64,000 bases of DNA from positions 1,415,017-1,479,016 of the forward strand of contig CAWDZQ010000004.1 of the NCBI GenBank assembly GCA_963807065.1, in the 5' to 3' direction. The notes under the pieces were generated by a model. That model did no database searches, was not told where the DNA came from, and saw only the letters and a list, made by a program, of their open reading frames with translations. Numbering within the stretch: the stretch's first letter is position 1; each line of letters starts with the position of its first letter. A program made the position numbers and the translations under genes. Below are positions 62,675-64,000 of the stretch, in pieces. Origin of the DNA: an uncultured Chloroflexia bacterium. GTDB lineage: Bacteria; Chloroflexota; Anaerolineae; Anaerolineales; E44-bin32.

Positions 62675-64000
62675 ATGACGGGCCTATTGACGCTGGAAGA
62701 GTTGCGGGCGGCGGCCGATCGTGGCGAGATCGACACGGTCGTCGTCTGCTTCCCCGACATGCAGGGCCGCCTGGTCGGCAAGCGCATGCAGGCCAATTTC
62801 TTCCTCGACGGCGCCTACGAGGAAACCCACGGCTGCGACTACCTGCTCGCCAACGACATCGACATGGAGCCGGTGCCGGGCTACGCCGTCGCCAACTGGG
62901 AAAAGGGCTACGGCGACTTCGTCATGAAGCCTGACCTGGCGACGCTGCGGCGCACGCCCTGGCTGCCGGCGACGGCACTCGTGCTCTGCGACGTGGTCGA
63001 CCACCATCATCACCAGCCGCTGGCGCATAGCCCGCGCGCGATGCTGCAGCAAGCAGATCGCGCGGCTCGAGGCCATGAACATGTCGGCGCTGCTTCGCCT
63101 CCGAGCTCGAGTTCTATCTGTTCGACGAGACCTACGAGACGGCGGCGGCGAAGGGCTTGGACCGGACATCAAGACCGCCGGCAGCTACATCCAGGACTAC
63201 CACGTCTTCCAGACCACCAAGGAAGAAGGCGTGATGCGGGCCATCCGCAACGGCCTGCAGGGCGCCGGCATCCCGGTCGAGAACTCGAAGGGCGAATGGG
63301 GCCCGGGCCAGGAGGAGATCAACGTCCGCTACGCCGACGCGCTCGACCATGGCCGACCGGCACGTCATCCTGAAGAACGGCTGCAAGGAGATCGCCTACC
63401 TGCACGGCAAGGCCGTCACCTTCATGGCCAAGTGGCGCTACGACCTCGCCGGGTCATCGAGCCACATCCACGCTTCGCTGTGGGACGCCGCCGGCAAGAC
63501 GCCGCTGTTCCTCGATCCCGACGGCGAGTACGGCATGTCGGCGCTGATGCGCCACTACGTGGCCGGCCAGCTCGCCTATGCGCGCGAGATCACCTGGTTC
63601 CTCGCGCCCTACATCAACTCCTACAAGCGCTTCCAGGCCGGCACCTTCGCGCCGACCAAGGCGATCTGGTCGCTCGACAACCGCACCGCCGGCTTCCGCC
63701 TGTGCGGCGCCGACACCAAGGCGATCCGCATCGAGTGCCGCATCGGCGGCGCCGACCTCAACCCCTATCTCGCCTTCGCCGCGCTGCTCGCCGCCGGCCT
63801 TGCCGGCATCGAGGAGAAGCTCGAGCTGGAAGCCGGCCTTCGCCGGCGACGCCTATCAGGGCAAGACGCTGCCCGAGGTGCCGAAGACCCTGCGCGAGGC
63901 GACGGAGCTGATGCGCGAGCTCGAAGATGCTGCGGGCGGCCTTCGGCGACGACGTCATCGACCACTACGTCCACACCGCGCGAGTGGGAGCAGTTCGAAT
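62675..64000 (+). CDS. Glutamine synthetase family (GlnA-like gamma-glutamyl ligase), frameshifted, runs off window
   Basis: PDMQGRLVGKR, ELEFYLF, EWGPGQEEIN, TFMAK, NSYKRF, DNRTAGFR, ECRIGGADLNPY. Confidence 0.92.

Noticed and set aside
49839-64000. Programmed frameshifting or mass pseudogenisation
   Set aside because: Scattered single-base indels in otherwise conserved genes throughout the window fit uncorrected long-read error.

Overview
The window has three blocks. (1) ~1-17,805 is an integron-type gene-cassette array with 7 attC sites and no intI in the window. Cassettes encode a YdeI/OmdA-like protein, a DHFR/RibD-C protein, DUF5677-like and DUF3800-like proteins, a membrane hypothetical, a type II R-M pair and a PD-(D/E)xK-like protein. 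Two unrelated IS110-family (IS1111-type) elements occupy the attC sites. Family A (3 copies, + strand) inserts in the R' core GTT-AG-GC. Family B (4 copies, - strand) inserts at the R'' core CTAA-CA-TCTCGC. Both carry readable bridge/seek-RNA-like guide loops in their 3' non-coding ends that match the attC target and their own circle junction, and one donor guide covaries with the element end. At least 13 short (21-30 nt) hairpin insertions parasitise the IS copies and attC arms. (2) ~18,800-48,692 is an ICE/island-like backbone: secretin-less Tad/Flp pilus cluster, ParA/ParB, UvrD, CHC2-Toprim primase, RadC, a second ParB, a YhaM-like HD nuclease and 4 TA pairs plus a remnant. It ends in the 3' half of a tRNA-Lys(UUU), a likely att repeat. 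A monoderm (Chloroflexota-like) host is inferred, not shown. (3) From ~49,835 the sequence switches abruptly to an Alphaproteobacteria-like nitrogen/methylamine locus (glxC/glxD, Amt, HAD, ClC, formylglutamate hydrolase, TRAP, GlnA-like) that starts mid-gene, so the join may be chimeric. Many single-base frameshifts look like long-read errors.
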